This document shows, in pieces, positions 13,666 to 26,295 of a stretch of DNA of 64,000 nt; the first letter of the stretch is position 1; each line of letters opens with the position of its first letter. A model generated the notes under the pieces. It was given only the letters and a program-made list of their open reading frames with translations. It searched no databases and had not been told where the DNA came from. This DNA is from Bispira polyomma. Taxonomy: Eukaryota. Where the stretch lies: assembly GCA_965649765.1 (NCBI GenBank), contig OZ287749.1, positions 25,978,001 to 26,042,000 on the forward strand. The letters are read 5' to 3'. A program made the translations under genes and the position numbers.

Positions 13666-13905
13666 AAGTCACACAAAATCCTCGTTACTTAGTTTTGATT
13701 TATAGAATATAGAATCTATATATATATAGTGTAATAGATAAATTTTAAATGTAACAGCATGTATTCTCAAATTCTATAAATGATCAACTGAAATCCTTAT
13801 TACTGCAAAATATTCTTACAGGAAGTTTGCTATCTCCAAGTTCCACATTCTCGCCAACATGTTGTCTCCTCTTTTACCCTTTCCTTTTTTTCTGTATTCC
13901 TCCAG

Positions 13906-14753
13906 TTTCCCGTCTGATGGGCTCCGGTTCCTGCAGCATGTCCGGTGCTGGTATGGGGATGACTGGGATGGCTGGTTATGGGGGATTTGACCAGAACAGA
14001 TACGCCATGCCGTTCTCTCTGGCACAACGTAGGAAGAGGAGGGTTCTCTTCAGCCAGGCGCAGATCTACGAGCTAGAGCGCAGGTTTAAACAGCAGAAGT
14101 ACCTTTCCGCCCCGGAGAGGGAACACCTGGCCAGTATGATCGGACTCTCGCCCACACAGGTCAAAATTTGGTTCCAGAACCACCGGTACAAGACCAAGAA
14201 GACCCAGAAGGAGCACAAAACAACAAACTGCGACTCCGGGTCGAGCCCCGAAAGCAAGTCCCCACCCTCCCCGAAACGGGTGGCTGTGCCAGTGTTAGTC
14301 AAGGACGGAAAGCCATGTTCATCGACCGGGGGTGACGGTGGTCCTGATTCCTCTGGCTCCAGCAGTACATCCCTTTCTGCACACCATCATCACCATCACC
14401 ACCACCTCTCTGCTATAACGGACAATCTGTTACAAGATGGCCACCTCAAACCACAACAACAGGTGCCCTCCTCCTCCTCCTCACAGCGGTCCCCGGTTGA
14501 CACTGTTAGTCCCCTGTCACACCACCCCAGCCACCACCACCCTACTACTGGACTGTTAAGCCACCATCACCCACACCACCATCATAGCAGTGGAGGAGGA
14601 GGTGGGGTGATGGGGTTCACTGCTGGCCAAGGAGCATCACTAGCTCATCATACCGGACTGGCTGGTCTGCCCAGTTCACACACGTCCCTCGCGTACGGGG
14701 GATCCGCAGACATAGCATCGAGGAGTTGTTTATTTAACGGGAGGACGTGGTGA
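13906..14753 (+). CDS. Nkx2.1: NK2.1-class homeobox transcription factor, coding exon 2 (homeodomain, NK2-specific domain, His-rich region, C-terminal GRTW)
   Basis: Polypyrimidine tract plus CAG acceptor at 13903-13905. Splicing joins A+TT=Ile and restores the conserved DPRIA-ISRLMG junction (vertebrate DPRFPAISRFMG). Homeodomain [12 protein letters not shown]...[10 protein letters not shown]2-[19 protein letters not shown] (14268-14318), C-terminus LFNGRTW*. Spliced CDS is 1287 nt = 428 aa + stop. Confidence 0.97.
14028..14207 (+). other. NK2 homeobox (60 aa; Q50, H52, Y54)
   Basis: [60 protein letters not shown]. Tyr54 is diagnostic of the NK2 class. 53/60 identical to human NKX2-1 as recalled. 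Confidence 0.98.
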
Positions 14754-15689
14754 GATATAGAGATGTTGTAGATAGATTGTCTAGAAGGTTGGAGCAACAT
14801 GGCTTATTTGTTCATTTTAAGTAAGTATGGAGATTAGAATACTAAATAATAGTACCAAAGTTTGACATGTTTATTCTTTAATACAAAAAAAAAAAACTAT
14901 AACAAAACAAATTTCATTTAAATACAAAGAAAAATCATCACGATACCAATCTATGTCAATCATACTGAGTTAGTTCTGACATAGTTCTGTTAGGCTTTTC
15001 TTTTTTTTTTGTGGGTGAGGCATTTAGTGCTAAATATCAACACTAGCTATCAACACTACCAAATAATTATCACCAAAGAGTCATTCAACTTAAAGGTTTC
15101 CAAAGCTTTTATCCCCCCTCCCAAAATACACACATGTTAGATTCCATTGCTCGTGTGTCAGTGTGTACCTGAGAATAGACTGAGGGAACCTCTACAGGAG
15201 AAGTGCTGAGTCTATAAACTTGTAGCCTGATCTTGTTAGGCAAACACCAGTGTTGTAGTCAATCCTTATTGACACAGAAATGTCAGAAGTTGATGTCAAC
15301 ACCCCCAGTTTTGGTGTTGATGTTATTGCCATTGAGAAATTTGTTACAACTTTTCCACCTTGGGTTCCCCCTAACTCCTTCCCCTTCTCTTGATATAGAT
15401 GTATATATAATATATATTGCATGTCTGTGTGTGTTTGTGGGATTAAATGGACAGTTATTTGTCAAAGCACTCTTCAAACTGTAATCCTATCGCTCTAGAC
15501 GCCAGAACTGTCACTTCTGGACGTGTAAAACTACCACCCCAACCGCCCCATACATTTAGCTCACCCACAACACCACTCATACTGCTTGATGTTAGATTTG
15601 TTAGTGTCTAACAGTTATAGAGATGCTCTAGACAATGTAAACCTCTTGTGTTAAGTGGGTTACTATATGCATAAAATAGCATGTGTACA

Positions 15690-15885
15690 CCATAAAGTTA
15701 AGGTGACATTTTTCGCCATGTTCATTGGTTGGTTTTGCTTATTTGTTTGTTTGTCACCAGAATTAATCAAAAACTACCAAACTAATTTACATGAAATTTG
15801 GTAAACTTTGACGAGTACCTGGGTTAAAGAGACTTCTTGGGCAATGCGGTGCTTTGTGAAAGGTATATCCTCTACTTGGGCAACT
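15690..15885 (+). mobile_element. Degenerate HINE-like element in the putative 3'UTR
   Basis: (GTTT)n, CACCAG...AAAAACTA...ATTTACATGAAATTTGGT shared with 42070-42118, and an end resembling GAAAGGTATATCCTCTACT. Confidence 0.55.
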
Positions 15886-16784
15886 TGGAACTTATATTCA
15901 TTTTAGGCAACACTGTTTTCTATTCTCCTTTAAGTAATATTAGGGAAACAGTATGTAGGATTTCAGTGTGTTCTCTCCATAAAGGATACAATACTAATTC
16001 TTCAATGGCTCTTTCCCCAAGTAATCCCTACCGCCCGGGCATATGTTCCCATATGTACAAGGTTTTATCCTTCGCTAGTTTTCCCCCCTGGTACATCCTA
16101 CACAAAGCAAACGGTTTTTATTAATATGCAGTCTACTTAGTTTCTGTGTATAACAAAACTGTCCATTGTATACATGGGTAATGCCTTAAGCTACACACAA
16201 ACACATCCAATCTGGCTTACCAACCCCCCTAACTTTGGTTCGATTCTGTTGTTACCTGTACAAAGATGACTTTTAGTATGACCCCCCCCCCCCTCCCTCC
16301 CCAGTTTTGGGCAAAGACATTTTTAGTGGGGAAGGTGAGAGAATGTCAACACTTTTACTGAGACATAAGATTATGTGCACTGACAGTTAGATTACCTCAA
16401 CTCCTTGTATTCTTAAGTGGAATAAAGATCTTCAGGTCAAAGAGATATCTAGTCCAAGAAATGTACCTTCAAATTGTAAGCTTTTCTGGTTCATATCTGA
16501 ATTCTGTTTTAAATTTGATGAAAATCTCATACCTTTAGAAGTATTAATTTTTTTTCAAATCTTAAACTGAGTTATCATATTGTATCAACTTCGTCGGAAA
16601 ATATGTAGCATAGATCAATAGTGTAATGACCAGAATATAATACCCCTATTTGTGTCTGTAGTTTAAGTATCTAAGACTTACTCTTAGGCTAACCCAAACA
16701 TTTGGGTGAGTTTTGAAGACGATCCAGGCTGGCACCAAACTAGTTAGTTTATGGGGTTCCTTACATTTGCTGCACACTAATAAG

Positions 16785-16950
16785 TGGATGCTCCAAGTTT
16801 TAATGTCACTGATGTTCAAGAGATGGTGGTCTCTACAAGTGGTAGGACGCTGATTTACGATACTTTTAGTGTCAACAAGATGAAGTGAGACGTGGATAGC
16901 ATTTTGATGAGGCCCTGATATAGTTTAGAGAGCTGAAACTGGTTTCTTTA
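16785..16950 (+). mobile_element. Possible Penelope-like element 3' relic with decayed hammerhead-like core
   Basis: Frameshifted VDAPSFN / RDGGLYK / LIYDTF resembles the PSLNRDGG.Y.L...YD end of PLE GIY-YIG ORFs. It is followed by TTGATGA-GGCCCT...AGAGCT-GAAACTGGTT. Confidence 0.4.
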
Positions 16951-19900
16951 TGTTCCATAGGCTGTTTTAACCATCGGGTTTTATTGTGTGTTTGTTTTGT
17001 AAAGACTTACTGCTTTGTAATGTAATAAACTTCTTGTGATATAAGATTGACTAAAGACCAAGGCATTCTCTAATATCAACGGCTACACTTTAACAAGTAG
17101 GAGGATATAGAGAGGATACTTGAGGTGTATTTGTTATATAGTCCATTTTTTCTTGTAAATTATCTTCATACTGTATCGTCTTTTGAAAAGGGATTACTTG
17201 ATAAGGTCAATTGATGGGTCTTTTGAACTAATTATGCACCCTAATTGTTGCAAGTAAACTCCAGATGACAATATATATAAATAGCTGGTTGCATAGAATA
17301 CATAGTGCCACTTTGAATACAATTTGCATTGTCTGAATTAACTAGGAAGGTTGAAGGAAGTGCTAACACCAAAGAGTGAAAAATTGGAAACCATGCAATA
17401 TTTCACAAAAAGTATTGTCAACGTCGTTAGTGTCATATTAAACCTTTTTAGTCCAACCATTCCTATAATTTATACAAAATATATATATTTATACTGTGTA
17501 CACCCTAATTTATAATTTTGTATCCCATCTTGTAATATTCCGTCTTTTCTTTGTACTTCAGATATATCAGACGTCTCTTAATTTTGGCCACTACATGAAG
17601 CAAATGACGTCACAGTGGAACAGAAATACGTCATTTTGACGTCATCAAATGGTTTTACGTTAGTGTTTTCGTGCCTCGTCTAGAGTGTTTGAAAACGTTC
17701 CATTCAGTTGTTGGAGGTTGTTCTATTTCAATGATTAAGAGTGATAAGCAAAGTTTTTCCATATTGAAAGTATATTTATTTAGAAAAGTGGAATTGTTTT
17801 GAATAAGTTAACAATATATAACTGTTACTTTAAAAAAATGGAGAATGTATTTGTGTGTCATTTGATGTGAGTTCAAACTGTATCATTTGGTTTGGTATAT
17901 AATATATATTTCCTATTTGTGGCAATAATATTGTGCAGGTTGAAAAGCAGATGTTTGGAATTTCCACAAATATATGAACATTCCGAAAATGTATGGTGTG
18001 TTACAAAATTCGCCTGGTATTTAGTATTTTGAAGCAAAGTCAAATAATCAAAAAGTAAAACACAAATAAAGAAATGATGAGATTTCAAAATCGACACATG
18101 TTTAGAAGTATATGCCTTTAATCATTTATCCGATTAGTTAAAGATTTCTTTCAAGTTGTTAAATAGTTCATGTATTATTTGTCTGTTGTTAATGCTTTGA
18201 GTATTACTAGCAAGGTTCTAAAATGCATAGTATCGAGTAAAATTGACAAACAAAACTTTTGACGGAGTATCATTGTCATATGTATTATTTTGATATACGA
18301 ATCACTAATCTATGTCAGAATATCTGTTGTAAAACTGTGGCTATTTACATGTACTTCTGTAAAATGTAGTGTTGTCTCTTTCTGGAAGCTTTTATTGTAA
18401 ACTAATTTGTGCAAATCATATTCTTAGGACGGAAGAGTTAAATGAAATGGTTAATAGACTATTGGTTGGTACAGGGTTGACTAAATCAAAGTTCAAAACA
18501 GTTCAACCATCTAGCCTGTAAACTACTTTAACTCATTTCATTGACCAGATGTTGTGCAATGTTTTGCAATTCTCTGCCTTTGTTTTCCTGGTCAGTATAT
18601 ATAATTTATAATCATGTGGTTGTCTCATATTTTTCATATATACTTCTATACAACAGTATTATAATATAGTGAAATGGTTATAATACACAGGTCATGTTTA
18701 GAATTATTTCATAATATACCTTATATAGATTGCTCTTTTCTGAACAAAATAAATAAAAATATAGCTTTTAATTGTAAGGTGATAATTTTTAACAGCAAAT
18801 GATTTGTTGTAATCAGTCAATAAATCCTATATCAATAAAAGACTGCTATTTTATTGATTAACCTCATGCCAAAACGCAGGATGCATTTTATTGGATGCAT
18901 ATTTAGAATGTTATAGTTGTTAAGCAATGTAATATGTTTTTGTGTTAATATGTGTGTGTCTTTTGATGGTATTTTTAATATCTCTTGTTTTATTAACTAT
19001 GTTCCATTGTTGTGAAAATTGACAGAAAATAAATCTATAATACTATTTTTTATGATTTTTCTTTGATTTCATTGCTAGAATTAAAAAAACCCAAGATACT
19101 TATCAAACAATATTATTAATATATATACTATTCATTTTTGTACCCATTTTTAACATTATGACCTAATAAAAGGCATTAAAATTCATTGAACACAATTTTT
19201 ATATGATTAACTTCCATTTGTGCCTTTAAAAATCATATTAACAGATTTTTTATTGTGAAAGGTTTAGACAATAATAAATCAAAAAAATTAGGTACCATCT
19301 AAGTTATTTAATTTGTATTCTGTGAATAATCCTAACGGTGTTTTTAAAACACACAAACATTGAAAAGGGTTATAATATGTTAAAAGTTTAGTTGTTGAAG
19401 CCTATAGATACTTATGGTAAGATCAGATATTAACAAGACAGATGTAGGGGATTCATATTTCGGTTTACAATTTCACTCCAATTCTATTTTTTTTAAAAAC
19501 TTGAGCCACCACATCTGAGAAGTTTGATATAATCTCATCTAACGGTCTAACTGATATGCACAAAACCTAGATTTTTATATCCAAGGATCAGTATTCTTCA
19601 ATATTATTAGGGATTAACAGCATCTTATGTTCAATCTGCATAAACAAATTACTGAATACTTTGAAAAAAAACACCCAGTTTGGACAATAAAAATCTACCA
19701 CAAGTTTGTACATTCCACTACTTTGGTTATAAATTTATCTGTTTATGAAAATGTGGCTTTACACAGCTGGTTCCCAACTACCTATGAAAGAATTATACAA
19801 AATTACATAATAACAGGTGTCATATGTCTTGGATTGGTTAACCCATTGGTATAAGGTAACTTTACAATTGTCTTCAGTGTTATATTATTAAAATTTGAAC

Positions 19901-20960
19901 AAAAATGAAATAACTAGCCAATGGAAAGTTTAAAATTGAAACCTTTTTTTAATTGGAAACGTAAGTTTTATACCAATTATCTTTCGTGGTGCATTTTGGC
20001 CAAAACATTAATATGTTTTGATATTTGTGCAATCAATTATGCTGGGAATTTGTCAAATTGTAAGAGCAAGAAATGCCAGTACTTGGGATTTTATTGATCA
20101 TCACAATCTAATTTCAGCATATATTTCAGCAATATTTTGTTACTTTCATTACCATTACTACATCAACAAAAGTAGTGCACTTTGAATTAAATTTTACAAT
20201 TGTACAAACAATAATTTACATTTAAACATAAAAAGTATATACACATAAATAAAAGGGTTTTTCTTTTACTTTTATTTGACATTGCAAATACCATGTATAG
20301 TGTATACAGTAGTTGCATTTGAAAAATCAATTGACCCAAAAAAAGAAACAAAAATGTTCAGAGTGTATGACAAACATGCATGCCTTAGCGAGCCAATGAA
20401 AAAAGGTTAAAAAAGAGTGAATTTTAACCCCCAATACACCCCCCCCCCCTTGTTAAATTGTTCTGTCCATTATTGACCCACAGCCGTGGAGTTAGGAGAA
20501 TGCCCCCTGGGGTGAAATCATTACTACCCCGCTAATACAGACTTCCCTCCCATGCAATCATTGCTGTCAATCGGCTGTGTACTGTGTGACAAACAAAACT
20601 GGCTCAATTAAAACCAGCGGCCAAACTCCTCACTTCAAGCAAGGCGGTAGGAGAGGGGCAAATTGACGGTTTTAACAGTTTGTCAGTGAAAGCAGGAAAT
20701 TAGGAGGAAAACAAGCCTTAATGGGCAGAGACCTTTGAGTTTTATTGAGATATTGTGAACCAGGCGACAGTTGTAGGCTTTTGTGAAGATGTTGTAATAA
20801 TTAGCCCATGGGTGAGATGGGGTTGGGGTGGTATTTATTCTTTGAGATCAATTCCGTACTTTATTAAATAAAAACTAGGTGTTAGAATTTTTGCTTCCAG
20901 TGTTGGTTTTAGGTGTATTTTTTAATAAGAAAGAGAAAAAGGTGTATATAAGGGCTATAA

Positions 20961-21127
20961 AATCATTGGCCTCTCACCGATGAAGGTTCAATTCCTGTTC
21001 ATTCCTTTATGTGAGAAAGTTTGTCAGGTACTTTCCATCAGTCGGCGGTTTACAGTGCTGAATCTTGCAATTGCAATATTGCCTAAGCAGTTAAAAACGA
21101 CATAAAACCCAACTAAATTCTAAATTC
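20961..21127 (+). mobile_element. Degenerate family-A-related SINE
   Basis: AATCATTGGCCTCTCACC...GGTTCAATTCC...TATGTGAGAAAG...GTCGGCGGTTTACAGTG...AAAACCCAACTAAA parallels the family A modules. Confidence 0.65.
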
Positions 21128-22387
21128 CTACCATCAGGCCTATTTTTAGTGTACTGGTGTTGACTTAGGACCAAAATCATTGCATCATTTACTACTGTGA
21201 TTAATTTGGTAAGTTATGCATTACTAATAACTATTATTACTAACACGAGGTGTTATATGTGTACAAAATTTCACATAATTAATTAAGATGAAGCTAATGC
21301 ATGCAATGTTTAGCATACACAGTATAGCAAATCAATTTCCAATACAATGCAAAGTTAGGAGCCAAATGGTTTTACTAAGCCACTCTGCCTAATGCTACTG
21401 AGATTATCACACAAGAGTGATGTGTACATGCATACAACTCTGATGGCTTAGCATAGCATAGCATGATATAAAAGTACATGCAATTATATTGTATGTATTA
21501 TATTGTCTTAAAATCAAGTGCAGACATGTGTACTATTGGTATGGCACAGTGCAAGTGAGTAATAAACAGTGGTATTATCAAAAAGGCATTGTTTTAGATC
21601 ATATCTTGTCTTTTGCATATAACTGTCACTTAAATGACTGTGTCTCATTTCTATGTATACATAATAGGTATATTAATAAACCAAAAACATACCAGTTCGG
21701 TTACTTTAAAGTATCTTATTTCCTACTAAGCTATTGAGTAAATTGTTGCTATTGTTATCATTATTATACGCTTAACCTATGATTTCATCCAATTCTAATG
21801 CTCTATAGTTTAAAATGATAATAAGTTATCAAAAACCGTAAATGATGAACCCGGAAAAAAAGTTAACAACAAAAGATCAACTGATAACTAGGAGACAACT
21901 GTGGAGTGAGTGCATCATTCAACAAATATGTTTTTAATCCATGGCGGAAGAAATGTGAAGTATTAGCGGTGCTGATGCAATGAGGCAAACCATTTCACAG
22001 GGTAGGACCATCAAATGCAAACCTTTTGTAGCCCTTGTTGTAGTGATAGCATTACTAGAATAGATTACCTTATTTTTTATTTATTTTAAAGCATTTCTTA
22101 TTTTATAATACCAGTAGGTCAAACCAAAAAACTTCCTTTAAATAGGGGTTGAATTAGGGACCTTTCTGATTAACTGACCAACTCCATAACCACTAGGACA
22201 AAGAAGGTCCCAACTTCAACATGACAAATGGTATAAATATAATTTTTAAATGTGATGCCATAGTTTTAGGTAGGAGTAGTAGATGTGACAGAATAAGTTC
22301 TCTTGTCAATATTGCTCCTGGTTCTATGTTTGTTTGTATATATACTTCTTAATTCTGCCCAAACATTGCCAATCTGATATGTAAGCA

Positions 22388-22392
<5 letters not shown>

Positions 22393-22425
<33 letters not shown>
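22393..22425. repeat. (TA)n microsatellite
   Basis: About 16 TA units. Confidence 0.95.
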
Positions 22426-22428
<3 letters not shown>

Positions 22429-25400
22429 AAGGGATGAAGATTCATGAACTCAACAAAGCCACACACCAACACCCAGTTACACAAGTAATAAGTACATATC
22501 TCAGACTATATGGTTAAACCAAGGTTGATGTAATAATGTAAGATTTTCTAACACCATCATGTATATTGTAGAAGTTAGAAGGTGCTATAGACATTAATGA
22601 TAGCTGTTTCAGTCAATGGGTTGGTTAAAGATACTAAATATTTGTGTATCTGAATTAATATTTAAATTATTAAACATAGCCAAGTCTGCTATGCAAATAA
22701 TGCCGGTGAATTTACACATTAGGGAGAATTTTGTATCAACTTGGGTACAGTATTAATTTGTTAAATTTATAATGGAAGGTTGTATGATTAAATACAGTGG
22801 GTTCTTTCATTTAAAATTAATGTGTATGCAGAATTAATATATATGTTCAGAAAATTTACTGTCATTTCAACCCATGCATTGGAATCCTTGTTGCCAATGG
22901 AAGTTTTATTCCCCTTAATAAAAGAGACCCCAGAATCGGCATTATCACGAAAGTTAAATGCATAAAACGCAAATTTGTAGGGGATAAAGGAGAAGGTTTG
23001 TTGATGTAAGTTATTTTACACTGATGCCTGGGAAACACATACAAGGGAAGCCCATTAAGTGTTTGACCAAGTCCATCTGAGGGATTAACCAACCTTATGT
23101 TCACGATTAGGAGAAAATATTGTTTTAACCCATGAAAACCTGCGCCGTTGTGTTGGGCAATAAAGAAGAGGACTTTGAACTTTTGGAGAGCATCTGAAAT
23201 CAAAAGCAAGGCTTTTAGGATTACCAAAACAAAAGTATTCTTGCTTCTTTTGAAAAGTGATATTTTTCTCCCACACACCATAAGAAAACATAGAGACACA
23301 TTAGCACAGTAGCTTCGTAACATACATGGTGGTGGTGGGTTTTTGGTGACGTCTGATACTTAACCTCTTTGACTAAGTATCCATTGTCTTATTGTAAAGC
23401 ATTCATGGTTTGGTTTGGGGGGTTACTAAAACTACATACACAACCGATTTAGATACCTCAAGTCCTTCATTATCACAGTAATTAAGTGTGTGAATCCCCT
23501 TCCCTTGTGTCTAGAAGATTTCTGTATTTAAATCTATTACAATTTAAGACAATACTTACTTTTTAACACACACACACCATTAGGTTGATTTATTTTACAC
23601 TTTATTGCTTTAAATATCCATTTACTAAAAACTCATGCCTGTAATTCTAAAATTATCATAGTTACAAATGTGGGTAAGAGATACTATTATTGAATACCCA
23701 ATGGCACATATAAAAGATGATCAAAATGTAATAGCTTTCCACTAAATGTTTTGCTTGACTAAAGTAGAGCATTTGACAGCTATAGTATTGGAATGGAAAT
23801 GACACTTGTAATTTGAAGAGCCCTTACAGTGACACGTATCCTGGTACACTGTATCTTATCAGCTGAGGGAGAACACTATTGTCCTAAATCTCCTTTAAGA
23901 TTGCACAGCAACTACAGACTTACTTAAGGTACAAATTCCTAATTGTTTTTAGCAGCAGCTCTTTAACATTCTGACTTTGTTGTAGTAGAATGTAGAATAT
24001 CACAATATGTAATCTACAGTGAATACATGTAGTAACTCGTAGTATCACATGCTCATCAACGTTTGATACAGTCATTCAGAGATCCAAATATATTTTTCAC
24101 TATTTTGTATTTGTTGCAAAGTTTGAAATATGATGTATGACACCTACCCCCCCCCCCCCCCGCCTCCTTCTTTTGCTTATTTGCAAGATTATTTCGGAAC
24201 ACATACATTCATTATTTCATTTCATGCTGAAAAATAATATTCTTCGAACACTTTGTACAGTCTGTCTATGAGAGATTAAAAGATGAAGCATGTACTGTAC
24301 TGAGAAACACCAAAAACAATCCCTATGTAAGATATACTTGAGTATATACCCAATGCTTACATTTGACTAAATACTGCTCCTGGTCTTCAATGTGGTATAC
24401 ATTTACTGTTGACTTTAGTCAACTAATATTGATATTGTTATCCTAACAGTGCTATGCCACTTGTAACAAAAAGAACATGAATACTTCGAAATAGATATTT
24501 AGAACAGTGGTTGTCAATGGTGACTTCAATGACCTCCATAGTTGGTAGTGGTGGTCTTTTTTGTGTTGTTAATATAAAGCTTTCAGATGTTACTCCTTTA
24601 AAATAGGTCACACATATGGGGGTAACAAAAGGTATTTTACTTTTCCGATAAAAAATATACCTGTAACAATGAGGTTCCACTGTTATTATTGGGGACAGTA
24701 AACATGCAACTAGTGCAAAAAGTAGAGACTTGAAAACTAGTACAATAAGTAAGTAAGTATGCTTAGAATCTTGGATTCTTTGTACACACGTGTATTTAGT
24801 TACATGGCTTCATAACAATCAAAAACAATCAAAAATTTACTAGGAGGCTTGAAACACATGTGAAAAGTAAAACTGTGTATCAAAATACACTCAACACACT
24901 GATTTGGACAAACAACTTTGCTTTGCAAGACTTGTATGGTTTGATATATGTGTTAGTGAAAGAATGAGTGTTATAAACTACACTTTACCACCAAAACATA
25001 CTGGGCACACACAAAACAGAGCCTAAATTTGCAGGGAGTAATGTTCTACTATTCTGACTGAGTTATAATTTTCTGTATGTTGGATTGGGAGATATTCATA
25101 ACACACACACTTGTAAAAACGTTGGGTGTTAATGATTTAAAGAACATCTATACAAAGATGACCATTGATATAGCAGGACCTGTCTCATTGACACAAGTAA
25201 AGCTTTTGATAGAGTAGATCTACTTGTGAGGTCAATGAAGCCAGAAGTGTTGTGGATCTGGGAACGAAAGGGTCCTCACAGTCGATCTGGGCGGGACCTT
25301 TGCTCAGTTGTTATGCTAGCACTTAACTCTGTGTCTAACCAGGTGTGAAAAGTACCTTAATTAAGGTCACCTTAAAGTCCAATACATTCAATGACACCTA

Positions 25401-26295
25401 AACGTGTCTGTCTTGGGTTCATTTGGTTATCTATGTATTATTTCAATATTTTAGCGATTTTCACAATCATGTCTGGGAAGAAATGATTTTAAATAGGTCT
25501 CTAAAATCAAATGTACTGATGCAAAATGTTTATATGTCAAATATGGTTGTGTAACTTTAAGTTTTACTTATATTAATTAAGTGAATAGCTCGGGCATAGC
25601 TGGCTGGCAGCTTATTTAACTGAGTAGATTACTGAAGTGTATACTGTTAAGAAGCTCTCTTTGAAACACTCTGGTCTATTCACAGGACTATAGCCAGAAT
25701 TATCTCAGCTCGGCTATTATTGGCAAAACAAAGATATACTTACCACACAATTGGCACGAAATTTCTTGTCAATAACATGAATAAATTAGTAGCGTCACCT
25801 TAAGGTGTTCAGATTCTATGGAGTTTTAGCAGATTATGGGCTTTCTTACTGTGGGGATCAAGATCGAGAGGAGAATGGAAAGGCTTAGCTCAGAGAGCTT
25901 GGCATAGCTCATATGGTGTGTTCTAACACACACAAAAAACACAGGGTCTTTATATAGTGGGAGATATAATACCACATTGCCACAATAATAACCTGAATTC
26001 AGTCTTATAGTGTTTTGTGTTAGCATAAACTGATTATTTTGTGAGGTTGTAACTGACCAGGTTGCAAAATGACCAATAATCCAAATCCTTAAATCTTAAA
26101 AGCCTTCAGTGTATGATATTTTATATTGGATTCTTACATGTTATTTATATTTTTTCAAGTTAAGTATGTGACATTACTGATCAGTGATGTGAAAAGCTGA
26201 TTAAATAAAAAAAAACTGTTGTGTGCATATCTCAATTAGTTTTATATGTATATGGTATGCTTTTGAGCAGGGTGATTCTGTTGTTGTTTTTTGTT

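Larger units (their letters stand above)
8813..13905 (+). other. Nkx2.1 intron (5093 nt, GT-AG, phase 1)
   Basis: GTGAGT donor, branch-like TTTAC at about 13874-13878, pyrimidine tract and CAG. The position matches the conserved pre-homeobox intron of NK2.1 genes. Confidence 0.93.
14754..19050 (+). other. Putative long 3'UTR with candidate poly(A) signals
   Basis: AATAAA at 16421, about 17024, and clustered at about 18748-19034. The last is followed by a U-rich tract (TATTTTTTATGATTTTTCTTTG). The true 3' end cannot be fixed from DNA alone. Confidence 0.4.

Noticed and set aside
13827-13905. N-terminus of the 308-aa ORF as an independent gene start
   Set aside because: It has a TTG start and translates the intron's pyrimidine tract. 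The real N-terminus comes from exon 1 (kept only as a possible alternative acceptor).
14819-14826. GTAAGT 68 nt after the stop as a 3'UTR intron donor or NMD trigger
   Set aside because: Weak exonic context (TAA|GT), no identified partner acceptor, and a 6-mer expected by chance.
22862-23323. 153-aa minus-strand ORF
   Set aside because: No recognisable domain, and the composition looks like translated AT-rich non-coding DNA.
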